Assembly: GCF_000142905.1 (NCBI RefSeq)
Contig: NW_013657638.1
Location: 263,096 to 326,896, forward strand
DNA length: 63,801 nt
From: Thecamonas trahens ATCC 50062
Taxonomy: Eukaryota > Protista > Apusomonadida
Direction of reading: 5' to 3'
Below are positions 33,754 through 44,410 of this stretch, piece by piece (positions within the stretch are counted from its first letter, which is position 1; each line of letters begins with the position of its first letter). The notes beneath the pieces are model-generated. The model worked only from the letters and a program-made list of their open reading frames with translations. It was not told the origin of the DNA and searched no databases. Position numbers and translations under genes: made by a program.

Positions 33754-34836
33754 ATGGGCTGTGGAAGTTCGCGTGTCAAGGGTGGGCGTAGGGGCCCCAT
33801 GCACCGGCCAAGCCGTGCGTTTGGGCATGGTGGTGGGCAGGTTGACAATACGCCGCACCGCGCAGATTTTGTTGGGGCGGTTGACCAGTCCCGCAAGCCG
33901 CGGACGTACACCTTTCAGCTCCAAGTCCGGACCGGACCACAGAGCTTGTGGCGGATGTTCCCGCTTCCGGTCAAGGAGGACTCGTTGCTGCTCAGCAGCA
34001 TGCTCTCGAGTGTCAGTCTCTCGGAAGTGGCCTCGGGGGGTGTACGGGTGGGCGGGAACGGAGCGGGTGGCATGCGGGACGATGGTCAACGAGGAGGCGG
34101 AAAAAGTGACCGGTATCCTGACGGCGTTGGAGTCGCACTGACTGTTCTCCTTGCGGCGTTCAACCACACGTACCCGACGCTCAACATTACCGAGACGACG
34201 CTCTGGGAGCCAGACCTCAAGTCGCGCTCGTGCGTGCTTGGTTCCATCCTCGGGGTGGTGGTCGATGAGACGCACGAGTGGCAGCTGGCCATGAATGGTG
34301 AGGCGGTCGAGTACGCGACGATGACGCTGTCGACGATCGGCCCAGGCGATGTGATCCAGCTCGACTATGTCAAGAAGCGCACACACGGGACACCGCGCAT
34401 GGCGCATTCGGGCGCACAGAGTCTCGTATCTTCGCTCTCATGCTCATCGTCGGCAAGGTATTCGCACGACAAGACGATGATTGCCGGGGACGAGGGCTGG
34501 GACCGAACGGGCATGTCGACGACCGAGTACGAGAAGAGCCTGGTGATAGGCAACGTGACGACAACCTCTTTTGTCTCGTCGGCCGATAACAGCGGCAGCG
34601 CGCCGGCCAAGTCTCCTCCGCGCTCATCGTATCACTCGAGTCGTCGCATGGGTACCGAGACCGGGTCGGCGGCGGTGCTGTTGAGTGTCGCCTCGGTCAC
34701 CGCTGTTTCGGCCGGCGTCGAGCACTGTGATGGCGACCGGACCAGGCACGCGAGGTGCAGTGCTGGTGCCGGGAGCAGGAGGCGAAAGACGACCGGTGCA
34801 CTCGCGGACGAGTCGCTCTCCGACTCGACGTTGTGA
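33754..34836 (+). CDS. MGCGSS-acylated protein with DUF4430/transcobalamin-C-like domain (paralog 1)
   Basis: N-terminal MGCGSS; LGSILGV...EWQLAMNGEAVEY...IGPGDVIQLDY; clear similarity to the next gene. Confidence 0.7.
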   Translation: MGCGSSRVKGGRRGPMHRPSRAFGHGGGQVDNTPHRADFVGAVDQSRKPRTYTFQLQVRTGPQSLWRMFPLPVKEDSLLLSSMLSSVSLSEVASGGVRVGGNGAGGMRDDGQRGGGKSDRYPDGVGVALTVLLAAFNHTYPTLNITETTLWEPDLKSRSCVLGSILGVVVDETHEWQLAMNGEAVEYATMTLSTIGPGDVIQLDYVKKRTHGTPRMAHSGAQSLVSSLSCSSSARYSHDKTMIAGDEGWDRTGMSTTEYEKSLVIGNVTTTSFVSSADNSGSAPAKSPPRSSYHSSRRMGTETGSAAVLLSVASVTAVSAGVEHCDGDRTRHARCSAGAGSRRRKTTGALADESLSDSTL

Positions 34837-35292
34837 TCGGCTGTGGGTGTGTGAGGCCGGCGGCATGCTGCGGAAGCAGCCGTATCGGGTGAAGGAGTTT
34901 AACAAATGATCTTTCATATGAAGTCGAAGCGGTCTGGCTCCGTGCTGGTCGTACTTCTGTGAGTGTGTGCCGAGGTACTCATCATGCGCGCTCAGCCACG
35001 AGTCTTACGTTGCAATGGTCGCAAGGCTTTTCCCCCGGCGCGCACGTGACGGTCGTGCGGGTTTTTTGGGGGAGCTGTCCCGCAATAGTGCGGAGATTTT
35101 TTGTGGAGCGAGTTGACAAGATCACCAACTGATCAAGTGGATTGTTGTACAATACTGTCACCTTCCCTGTCAATCATGCAGGGCTTTTGTGGTCCTGTCA
35201 GCTCACACTTGCCTCCGTCTGGTCATCTCGGTGTCACCGACAGACAAGACAGCCACAGGCCAACCACAACCTTCACCTCGCACAAGTACACC

Positions 35293-36348
35293 ATGGGATG
35301 TGGTTCATCCCGCTCGGCTCATGCCAGAGCGACCAAGTTCAAATACACGCCTCATGTAGACCCCGCGGTCTCGACCTTTGCGGAAGCCGAAGCCCTTTTT
35401 CATGGTGCGGTTGAAGGAGTGCGGGCCAGCGAGTCGGAACGCACGTTTTTGACCGAGTTTTCCCACGAGTCAAGCACCCGGCCCACAGGCACCTTTACCC
35501 TTCGTGTCAAGCCAGGCCCAGACATGGCATGGCGCATGTATCCGTTGACGGTTGACCCTTCGACAGACTTGTTCCAGACCATGTGTGCCGATGCTGGTCT
35601 CGGTCAACAGGTCAAGGCTGCTGGTCGACCAAGTCTGACTCTCACGCTCGTCCTCGTGGCGTTCAACCAACATTTCCCCGGCCTCGAGTTGACGGAAACC
35701 ACCGTCTGGGACGAGATGCTGAGCCGCAAGGTGGTGGCCATCGGGTCTGCCCTGGGTGTGGCGGCCGATGCGCTCCACTACTGGGCCCTGTTTGTCAACG
35801 GTACCGAGGTCGAGTACGCCTCGAACACTCTGACGCCCATTACTCCAGGCGATACCCTCTCGCTTATCTTTGTCCCCCACAAGGTCGTCTCGCCGCCGGC
35901 TTCGCCCAGGTTTGCAACCGGCGAGGTATCGTGGACCCGTCTCGCACCCGCGATTGGATCGTCGGGCTCGCTGGAGGTGCCAGACACGATCCGGGCGCCG
36001 TCGTGCTCCTCGCTCTCGTTCTCGGAGGAGATGGACAAGTTTGCTGTCGCCAACGATGAGGCTGCAACCGAGTTTGGTACATTGTCGACTGTGGCCCACA
36101 CCGTCGAGACCGGATCGGACTGGTGTCCTTCGGGCAAGAGCTCGATATGCGGGAAGGGTGGCCGCGGCGCGGCGCTTGTTCCCATCTCGCGCTCGCAGTC
36201 GGCGGCACTTAGCCCGCCGCCGCGGTATGGTCAGTCAGCGATGCGCCCGACGTCGTTGACCGGTACAGTTGGCGATTCGCGCAGAAGACGACGCGAGCGG
36301 CGCGAGTCGAGGGACGCACCAGCAGCTTCTCGCCATCTCCAGTATTGA
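35293..36348 (+). CDS. MGCGSS-acylated protein with DUF4430/transcobalamin-C-like domain (paralog 2)
   Basis: MGCGSSR; IGSALGV...HYWALFVNGTEVEY...ITPGDTLSLIF; shares GP..xWRMxPLxV, AFN..P.L..TETT.W with paralog 1. Confidence 0.7.
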   Translation: MGCGSSRSAHARATKFKYTPHVDPAVSTFAEAEALFHGAVEGVRASESERTFLTEFSHESSTRPTGTFTLRVKPGPDMAWRMYPLTVDPSTDLFQTMCADAGLGQQVKAAGRPSLTLTLVLVAFNQHFPGLELTETTVWDEMLSRKVVAIGSALGVAADALHYWALFVNGTEVEYASNTLTPITPGDTLSLIFVPHKVVSPPASPRFATGEVSWTRLAPAIGSSGSLEVPDTIRAPSCSSLSFSEEMDKFAVANDEAATEFGTLSTVAHTVETGSDWCPSGKSSICGKGGRGAALVPISRSQSAALSPPPRYGQSAMRPTSLTGTVGDSRRRRRERRESRDAPAASRHLQY

Positions 36349-36431
36349 CGACTCGATCCAGGGCTCGACCGAGGGCCCGGCCAAGGGTGGCGGTACAAGC
36401 TGTAGCAGCCATACCCACAGTGAACAGCTAT

Positions 36432-38232
36432 CTATTTCCATACACCTGCAGGTATGGCTACAGGTGGCGATGAGCAATAGCTGTAAATTGGCAATGAGGG
36501 AGAGGCAGAGGCGGAGCCGTGGGTGATGGTGCTCTTATTGACAACAAGGTAGCGAGGCATGTCAGGCCGAGGCCGAGGCGGCGTCGGGGCGGGAATGGAG
36601 GCGTAGAGCGCGGCGGTGGTGTCCTGGGCCGAGAGCCAGAGGAAGAGGAGCTTGACAAAGACGCGCTCGCGCTCGGCGTTGACCATCATCTGGGCCGGGT
36701 CCGAGCAGCGGAGGAACGAGGGCGCAAAGATGAGGGCGAGGTTGTCGGTGGTCATCTTGGTGACGGTGACGATTTCCGGGGTGGAGATGGTGGCGAGGAA
36801 GCCCATGAGGTATTGGATGATGGTCTGGCGCGGGGCGGAGAGATCGTTGAAGATTGCGGCAGCGTCAGCCTCTGTAGCGGCGGCGACGGCCTGGTCGTAG
36901 AGCGGCTCGGGAATGAGCGGGTCCTTGAGCTCGCGGAACCAGAGCTTGAGGGCACCGGTGAGGACGTGGACCGAGTCGATGTCGGCGACGTCGTAGTTGC
37001 CGGCATCGAGCCTGGCCTTGAGGTCCTTGACCAGTTTGTTCTCGCCCGAGAGGCGGAAGAGGCCCTCGGCCTTGGGCCCGCCCTTGGCGAGGATGCCGTG
37101 GCAGAGCACCGGAATGAGACGTGGCAGATTGCCCATGGCCGGGTGGCACGCCACCTTTTTGGCGAGCACCTCCTCGATGGAGACGCCAAAGATGGAGGTC
37201 GCCGGGTTGGCTTCGACCGCGCCCCGCTTGGCCTTTTTCGAGCGGGCAGCGCCGACGGCGCCGTGCTCCTCAAACTCAAACGGCGGCGGCGGGAGCTGGA
37301 ACGTCTTGTTCTCTGTGATGAACGCGCGCATGTCCGAGTCGTTGTCGATGGCGGCCACGACACCCTTAAAGGTGAGAACGGCCTTGGCGGTCCGCGGCGG
37401 CGGGCTCTCGAGTGTCAGCGCCGTCTTGCGGAGGTTGGTCTTGAGGATGTGGATGCGGACAGTGGAGAGGTGCTGCAGGTCGTCCATGATCTTGGGCATG
37501 TGGCGCGAGAGGAACCGCGTCTGGACCTTGTTGGCACCCTTGACCTGGAACTGGTACTCCTGGACCGACTGCTCCAGCGCGGTCGACGCCTTGGCCATCT
37601 TGGACTTGGCCTTGGTCACGTCCTTGGTCTTGGCCGTCGGGTTGTTGAGCGCGGCGTCGTGGGCGGCGACGGCCGAGTTATACGACTCGGACGCCTTAAA
37701 GTAGCTTGTCTTGGCCTTGGCCACCGCGTCCTCGGCCTCCTTCTTCTCCTTCAACCGGCGCTGGCCATCGGCGACAATGGTTTTGCGGGCAGACTCCATG
37801 TCCTTGATGAACGAGTTGAGTGAGGTGACGACCGTCTCATCCAGCGAAGTGGCAGCGTCAGCATGCGCGTTGGCCTGCTCCATGCACGCATCCAAGAACG
37901 AGGTCCACGCCGATGCACACGTTCCCAGCTGCTGTGACTCGATAGAGTTGCCCGTCGTCTCAAAGACTCGCCGAGTCGAGGGATGGCTCGCCAGCTTGGC
38001 CAACTTTTTCGAGTACTCGAGCTCGAGCTCTGCCCGCTTCTTGATCACATTCGTCACTTCCTTGAGTGCTTGCAGTCCCGTGTCGGTATGTTCCACAACC
38101 ACATCAAATCCGTCCCATAGGTCCGTCGCGAACCGATACGCAGGTTCCTGGTCACTTGCCACTGTCGGGATGGGGTGTGGGGTGTGTGGTGTGGAGGGGG
38201 TGGGGGATGAGTGTCATGCGGATGCATGTATG

Positions 38233-38290
<58 letters not shown>

Positions 38291-38438
38291 TGTCCGTGCT
38301 CTGGCCTCTCTTGCCTGCTTCTGCTGACCTGCTGGCCTCCTCCTCCCCCTCTCGCCCCCCTCCCCTCTCGCCCCCCTCCCCTCCCTCTCGCTCTCCTCCC
38401 CTCGCTCTCCCTCTCCCTCTCCCTCTCCCCCTCGCCCT

Positions 38439-38469
<31 letters not shown>

Positions 38470-38503
38470 TTCTCCTCCCCACAATGGGCACGGACGACGT
38501 ACT
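36432..38503 (-). CDS. F-BAR + RhoGAP protein (Rgd1/MEGAP-like); start codon formed by splicing (exon 2 is 36432-38161)
   Basis: FCH motif FATDLWDGFD...KKRAELELEYSKKLAKLA; RhoGAP motifs IFGVSI, EGLFRLSG, LKLWFRELKDPLIP, KMTTDNLALIFAPSFLR. Intron 38162-38502. Confidence 0.9.
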
Positions 38504-38666
38504 TGTCGCAGGCAGAGTTGAGGACACGTGTTTCTTCCGCTGGGCGAAAGCGAGGGCGAGACGACAGCAAAAAGGTCGACGAGCCAGGATTCGAGCAGAG
38601 CTCGAGCAATCAGCCGCAACACGCAGACCGATCACCCTGCCATTTGAAGATAGAGAAGGTGCGGGG

Positions 38667-41036
38667 TCAAGCCTGACTCGGAGCCCAGCCGCCATCGGCC
38701 ACCGACGATGAGGCAAGCTGGTACACGTTGTTCCGCTTCTTGATGAGGTAGCCGTGCTGGTTGAGCTGGCCGACCATGTCGCGAAAGTCCGACGCGGCGA
38801 GTCCGAGGTCGGTGGCGACCTTGTACAACTGCTGCATGGTGAAGAGCGAGTTGTAGGTGGCCTCGGAGATGCGGGTAAGCTCGCCGACGTAGGCCTTCAT
38901 GACCTTTTTCTTGGAGCCACCAGCGGCGGCGCGGGCGCCGAGCGCGGTGCCGCTGGCGTCGACGTAGACATCGATGAGCGACTCCTTCATCAGCTCGATG
39001 ACGTCAAGGGCGTCGTCGGCGGTGACGAGCTCGCGGAGCTCGAGCTTGGCGCGGGCCTCGGCGAGACGAATCATCGACTCGAGCTGGCGGGTGGTGACCG
39101 GCATTGACTCGCCGCCGACGTGCGACTTGCGGAGTGAGAGGTAAAAGTCCTGCAGCAGGTCGGCCGCCGGAAGCGAGAGGACCGGCTTGACGTACTCGCG
39201 CGCGTAGCCGATGTACTTGCGCATGAGGACGTGTGGAAGTGGGTCAAAGGTCTTGGCTTTGCGGAGCTTGAGCCGGTCAGCAAGCGGCCGTCGCTCGCCG
39301 GATCCGGCCTCGTTGCTCCGGGCACCCGTCGCCGTCGATGCCGTCGCCGCCGTGGCGCGATCGAGCGCCGACATCAGCTGCGACTTGTACGACGGATCGA
39401 GCACACCCGACGCCGAGAGCGCCGAGTACGTCGACGAGGGGCGGCCCTTGCGCGAGTACTGCCCGCCGCCGTGCATGAGCATGACGTGCTCGGAGAGCTT
39501 GGCGTCGCGTTCGTGGTCCGGCTTGTCGACGAGAACAAAGATGAGGTCAAAGCGCGAGAGGAGCGCCGGTGCGAGGTGCACGTTCTCGGCCACAGTCTTG
39601 GCGTGGGTGTAGTGGCCGCCGACCGGGTTCGCCGCCGCCAGCACCGACGTCCGGGCAGGCAGGTTGGCGACGATGCCGGCCTTGGCGATGGAGACCGACT
39701 GCTGCTCCATAGCCTCGAGCAGCGCGTGGTGCTCCGACTTCATCTTGTCAAACTCGTCGATGCAGCAGCAGCCCTGGTCGCCGAGCACAAGAGCGCCAGC
39801 CTCGAGCGCGTAGTCGCCAGAGAGCGGGTCCTTCAGCAGCGTCACGGTGAGGCCGGTTGTCGACGTCGTGTTGCCGCACACGTACACGCCGCGCGGCGCG
39901 GCCGATGCCACCGACCGCAGCAGCTGCGACTTGCCCATGCCCGGATCGCCAACAACCAGGACATGCGGGTCGCCACGGACCGCAATGCGGTCTTTCTCCA
40001 GCGAGAACTTCTGCGTTCCGCCAAAGAGCGCGAGGAGCCAGCCGGCCTTGACCAGCTCGTGGCCGTAGATGGAGGGGCACAGCGAGTTGACCAGCAGATG
40101 CAGGACATCGTCGACGTGCGCGATCTCGTTGACCATTTGCATGTCCTTGACGGTGTAGTGCATGCCGTCGCTCTCGCCGGTCTTGCCCTGCCGCGACACC
40201 ATGTTGGCGTCAATGTAGAGGACAAAGAGCGTCTTGGCCTTGCGCGACGCCGACGCCGAGCTCGACGACGAGACGACCTTGACCTCACCAGTCACCGAGA
40301 TGACGTCGCCCGGCACGCAGCAGTCGACAAGCGTTCCGGTCAGCTCCGACTCGATGGTCCGCGGAATGCGGCCGGCCTCGTAGTTGGAGTCGTCCAGAAT
40401 CTCCTGGATCCGAACCTTCTGCCAGTCGACCGTCAGCGCCGACGCCCGGTCGGCCTCAAACGTCTTGGACTTGCATCCGTCGAGCCCGCACGAGAGCGGC
40501 GGCGAGTACTTGCCATCGACAAAGTCCATGCCAATCACCCCGTCGCACTTGGTGCACACAAAGTCCATCGAGACCACCAGCGGCTTGATGGCACTCGTCC
40601 GCACCACTGTCCCACGCACGCTCACCAGCCGCCCGATGTAGTGCGACTTGAGCGAGCGGATCGGCGTCGTCGTCGGATGGTTGCACAGTCGCGCCGTGAT
40701 CTTCTTGAACGACGCCGGGAGGCCGGTGCCCACGCAGTCGCTGTACACCACCTCGACCGCCGCCACCGCCATGGCTGCCAGCGACCGCGCTGGATCCTCA
40801 AACACGAGCTCGTCGATGCCTGGCACAAGCGACTCGGCCACCATCTCGCCCCAGTCCACGTACACCACCAGGCTCTCTAGCACCTTGGCCTTGTCCAGCA
40901 CATGCTTCTCGCTAAAGTACACCACAAAGTTGCGAATGAGCTGCACTAGCGCAGAGCTCGCGTCGCACCCGAGCATGGGAAAGTACACCGCCCACCCGAG
41001 CGGTGCCCGGTCGTCGAACCGCGGTGCTGAGTCCAT
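38667..41036 (-). CDS. MCM8: MCM8 DNA helicase
   Basis: GWAVYF N-terminus, Zn finger, GRIPRTIE, RGDPHVLVVGDPGMGKSQ, CCIDEFDKM, ALLEAMEQQ, ALLSRFDL, TTRQLES and C-terminal winged helix LNQHGYLIKK. Confidence 0.93.
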   Translation of the reverse strand: MDSAPRFDDRAPLGWAVYFPMLGCDASSALVQLIRNFVVYFSEKHVLDKAKVLESLVVYVDWGEMVAESLVPGIDELVFEDPARSLAAMAVAAVEVVYSDCVGTGLPASFKKITARLCNHPTTTPIRSLKSHYIGRLVSVRGTVVRTSAIKPLVVSMDFVCTKCDGVIGMDFVDGKYSPPLSCGLDGCKSKTFEADRASALTVDWQKVRIQEILDDSNYEAGRIPRTIESELTGTLVDCCVPGDVISVTGEVKVVSSSSSASASRKAKTLFVLYIDANMVSRQGKTGESDGMHYTVKDMQMVNEIAHVDDVLHLLVNSLCPSIYGHELVKAGWLLALFGGTQKFSLEKDRIAVRGDPHVLVVGDPGMGKSQLLRSVASAAPRGVYVCGNTTSTTGLTVTLLKDPLSGDYALEAGALVLGDQGCCCIDEFDKMKSEHHALLEAMEQQSVSIAKAGIVANLPARTSVLAAANPVGGHYTHAKTVAENVHLAPALLSRFDLIFVLVDKPDHERDAKLSEHVMLMHGGGQYSRKGRPSSTYSALSASGVLDPSYKSQLMSALDRATAATASTATGARSNEAGSGERRPLADRLKLRKAKTFDPLPHVLMRKYIGYAREYVKPVLSLPAADLLQDFYLSLRKSHVGGESMPVTTRQLESMIRLAEARAKLELRELVTADDALDVIELMKESLIDVYVDASGTALGARAAAGGSKKKVMKAYVGELTRISEATYNSLFTMQQLYKVATDLGLAASDFRDMVGQLNQHGYLIKKRNNVYQLASSSVADGGWAPSQA

Positions 41037-41040
41037 GATG

Positions 41041-41122
41041 TGTGTGTGTGTGTGTATGTGTGTGTGTGTGTGTGTGTGCGTGCGTATGTGTGTTGACTGT
41101 GTGCGTGCGTATGTGTGTTGAG

Positions 41123-41156
<34 letters not shown>

Positions 41157-41316
41157 GTGGGCGGGGAAGCGGGGCGGCCAAAAAAGGTCGTGAAAGTGGG
41201 CGGGACTGGTAGGCGAGGCTGGTGGGCCTGGCCGGAAGGAGAAGTGTGCGGAAAAGGCAGCGGTTGGAGATTTGCGTGTGACGTGGGATTACATGGCTTT
41301 GCGATAGCGGTATGTA

Positions 41317-41356
<40 letters not shown>
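41041..41356. repeat. (GT)n-rich tracts in the MCM8-SLX1 divergent intergenic region
   Basis: GT runs at about 41041-41155 and 41321-41356. Confidence 0.85.
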
Positions 41357-41358
<2 letters not shown>

Positions 41359-41544
41359 GCCTGTTCGCGGGCAGAAAAAAGGTCGTAGAGTTGGGGCCCC
41401 GATTGGTGACCACCTGGTCGTGGTCGTGGTCGTGGTCGTGGTTGTGGTTGTGGTCGTGGTCTTGTGGCTACCGACTACGACCACATCTGACGCCTTTTGT
41501 AGAGACAGAGTAGCAAAAGGGGGAAGAAGGTGCTGCCGTCGGGA

Positions 41545-42540
41545 ATGGCTGACGGGGACAACAGCTGGTCGGGGAGCGAAGAGGAGCAGAGCGGCCCGGG
41601 CGGGAGACTGGGCGACGGGTACGAGACCACGGCCGGCAGCAGTGGACATACTGGCGCAGAGAGCGGGCCGCATCCGACGACCGAGTTCAGGGCGTGCTAC
41701 CTTCTGACCTCGCTGTCAGAGACTGCCGGTGGGCAGACGTACATCGGGTACACCAACGATCCGCGGCGGCGGCTGCGGCAGCACAACGGAGAGATTGCCG
41801 GCGGAGCCAAGAAGACAAAGTCGAAGCGGCCATGGGACATGGTCCTTCTTGTCTACGGCTTTACCACCGAAGTCTCTGCCCTCCAGTTTGAGTGGCACTG
41901 GACGCATCCGACGCAATCGTCGCATCTCAAGGGCCATGTGCCGGCTACACGCGCGCTGGGCGGCAAGATGCGGCATCATCCGCGGTCCAAGACCAAGGCG
42001 CTGCCGACGGTCTTTGCGGTGCTGTACGAGATGCTCTCGCTCCCACCGTTTGCACGCCTCCCGCTCAAGGTCAACTTCTTTGACCCGCTCCACCACTCGG
42101 AGCTCACCTCGCTCGCCGGCCTGCCGCCGCTGCCGCGCCACATGCGGGTGGCCATCGGCTCGATGGCCCAGCTCTACTGCTACATCTCCAAGCGGTTCAT
42201 CCACGCGTCGGACCTCGAGCTCACACCGGGAGAGCGTGCGGAAGCGGCGGCCGAGCGTGCAGCAGCGGCAGCGGCGTCGCCACTTGCCCGCTCGCGGCTC
42301 GCGGCAGCGGCGCCCGAGGTGCCATGCCACGGGTGCGACGCGGCGTCGTCGGCGCAGGAGCTCGCCGAGTGCGTCTCGCCCGAGTGCGGCGCAACGTATC
42401 ATCTTGCATGCCTTGCGCGCGCCTCGCTGGCGCGTGATCCGGGTGAACTGCTGCCGACCCACGCGGTGTGTCCGGCGTGCGGGATGACGACCTTGTGGGG
42501 CGACTTTGTCCGCGCACACCTACTGCTTGGCGGTGGGTGA
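41545..42540 (+). CDS. SLX1: SLX1 structure-specific GIY-YIG endonuclease
   Basis: CYLLTS...TYIGYTNDPRRRLRQHNGEI.GGAKKT..KRPWDM...ALQFEW.W; C-terminal C/H zinc finger ending CPAC...WGD. Confidence 0.95.
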   Translation: MADGDNSWSGSEEEQSGPGGRLGDGYETTAGSSGHTGAESGPHPTTEFRACYLLTSLSETAGGQTYIGYTNDPRRRLRQHNGEIAGGAKKTKSKRPWDMVLLVYGFTTEVSALQFEWHWTHPTQSSHLKGHVPATRALGGKMRHHPRSKTKALPTVFAVLYEMLSLPPFARLPLKVNFFDPLHHSELTSLAGLPPLPRHMRVAIGSMAQLYCYISKRFIHASDLELTPGERAEAAAERAAAAAASPLARSRLAAAAPEVPCHGCDAASSAQELAECVSPECGATYHLACLARASLARDPGELLPTHAVCPACGMTTLWGDFVRAHLLLGGG

Positions 42541-42564
42541 AGATGGCAGGAAGAGCGTGGCTAG

Positions 42565-43866
42565 CTACAGGTGACCAGGCGTGGCCGTGACCCGGCGCAG
42601 TTCGTCGTTGATCAAGGTCAGCCGAATTACCTTGTCACGCAGCTGTGAGTTGTCGGTCCGCAACGAGGCAACAAGGGCGCCGAGGTCGCCTTGGCGCGCA
42701 TCACGGGCGGCAGCTGCCGCAGCCTCGAGCATCTTGACCCGTTTCGCGAGGGCATCTGCTTTGGCCTCGGCGTCGCGGGCGGCGGCGACGGCGACGGCCT
42801 TGGCCTCGGCCTCGGCGCGGGCGTCGACGCGGGCGGCTTCGAGCTTGGCGATGAGCTCGTTGGCAGCCGACGTCGACGACGCGCTCGTTGCGCTGAGATC
42901 GGCGGCCTCGGCCTCGTGTGCGGCGATGCGCGAGGTGGCGGCCGAGAGGCGGGCCTCGAGCTCGCGCTTGCCCGCCTCGAGCATGGCGTTGGCCTCGGCA
43001 AGCGAGCGGCGGGCGGCGCGGGCGGCGCCCAGCTGAGCTTCCTGCTCCTGCAGCTCCTGTAGCAGCTTGCTTGCCTTGGCTGCAGTCACGCCATGGGAAT
43101 CTTGCTCGCGAGCGAGTGCACTGGCGTGCTCCGCAGCGCGAGCCTGCGCGGCCTCGGCCGCAGCCAATGCGGCGTCGAGGCGTGCCTGCAGCACTGCGCA
43201 GTCGTGCCCTAGGCTACACGCGCTGTCCGATATCAGTACGGCCTGCGCCGCGTGCTCCCGCGTCTCGGCCTCGAGACCAGCCATCCGTACGTGCTGCTCG
43301 TCAAAGGCAGATCGCACAGCTGCAAGCTCGGCCTCGGCGCGTGCAGCGCGGACCTTGGCTTCGACCAGCGCCTCGTCGCGCTGTGAGAGCTCATCAGCCC
43401 GGCGCAGCGCAGCCTTGCTCGCCTCGCGGCGCGCACTCTCCAGCTCGTCCAGAGCCGCGTAGTACTTGGCCTCAAATGCGTCACGAAAGGGTGCATTACC
43501 CCGCGACATGGCAGTGGACGTTATCTGCTCAGCCGCCGGTTGTTGCGGCTCCGGCTCCGTCTTCGGCTCCGGCGCCGGCGCCGACTCGCCCAGCTCTGCC
43601 AAAGACAATCTCCCAGAGCGTGACGACGGCGAGGCTGCCCGGCACGACTGCAAGCACGAGTCGCAAACAGCCGGGACTGGCACAGGTGCTGGAGCTGCAG
43701 GCAGTGCTCGGCGCGAGCGTGTTGGCTCGAACTGCAATGTCGTGGTCAGTTGCCGCGGCTGCGAGCGTGAGCGCAGCAGTGAGCCAGAGCTTGGCCCACG
43801 CCGCCGCAATTGAGATTGCTTCCGAAGCTCGGCCTCCAAGCGGGCCCGTTCTGGCTCGAGGTCCAT
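42565..43866 (-). CDS. Coiled-coil protein of unknown function
   Basis: Long A/E/R-rich heptad ORF; likely start MDLEPERARL. Confidence 0.65.
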   Translation of the reverse strand: MDLEPERARLEAELRKQSQLRRRGPSSGSLLRSRSQPRQLTTTLQFEPTRSRRALPAAPAPVPVPAVCDSCLQSCRAASPSSRSGRLSLAELGESAPAPEPKTEPEPQQPAAEQITSTAMSRGNAPFRDAFEAKYYAALDELESARREASKAALRRADELSQRDEALVEAKVRAARAEAELAAVRSAFDEQHVRMAGLEAETREHAAQAVLISDSACSLGHDCAVLQARLDAALAAAEAAQARAAEHASALAREQDSHGVTAAKASKLLQELQEQEAQLGAARAARRSLAEANAMLEAGKRELEARLSAATSRIAAHEAEAADLSATSASSTSAANELIAKLEAARVDARAEAEAKAVAVAAARDAEAKADALAKRVKMLEAAAAAARDARQGDLGALVASLRTDNSQLRDKVIRLTLINDELRRVTATPGHL

Positions 43867-44410
43867 GGCCTTTCCAGCGCCAGTGCAGACGGAGTAGCCG
43901 AGGAAGGAGTATGGAGGGAGGTGGCCTGGCGGTGGCAGTGGCGGCGTGGCAGGCGAGCGGCATTCGGGCGTTGGCGCGTGCGAGGCGGGAGTTTTGAGCC
44001 TTGAGCCAGGAACAAGACGACTTGGTCCACCACGGGATAAACGTGTGGTTGGTTGATGAGAAGCGCGATGAGTTTGGGTATGATAAAGTTGTGGGTGCGT
44101 AATGCGTGTGCTCGCCGCCTGTGTGATGGGAGCGTGTCGCGGCAGTGACGATCTCGCGCGCGCGAGCAAGTCGTGTCGGACGCCGGCTTCTGAAGTCGAG
44201 GGCAAGGGTGAGGAGGAGGAGGAGGAGGAGGAGGAGAGGAAGGGGAAGAGCGAGGTGAGTGAGAGCAACCACACCTCGCCAGCACATTGAGTGCTTGTTG
44301 CAGGGGATAGGAGCAAGCTCGTACACACTCTCTCCTCGGTCTGTCTTGCTCGGGGTGACTAGCCAAGGCAAGGCTCGGGCGGAGGCCATCGAGGGAGAGA
44401 CAAAGGCAAC

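Noticed and set aside
41545-42540. GIY-YIG nuclease as a mobile or homing element
   Set aside because: The motifs and C-terminal zinc finger match cellular SLX1; there is no RT or element boundary.
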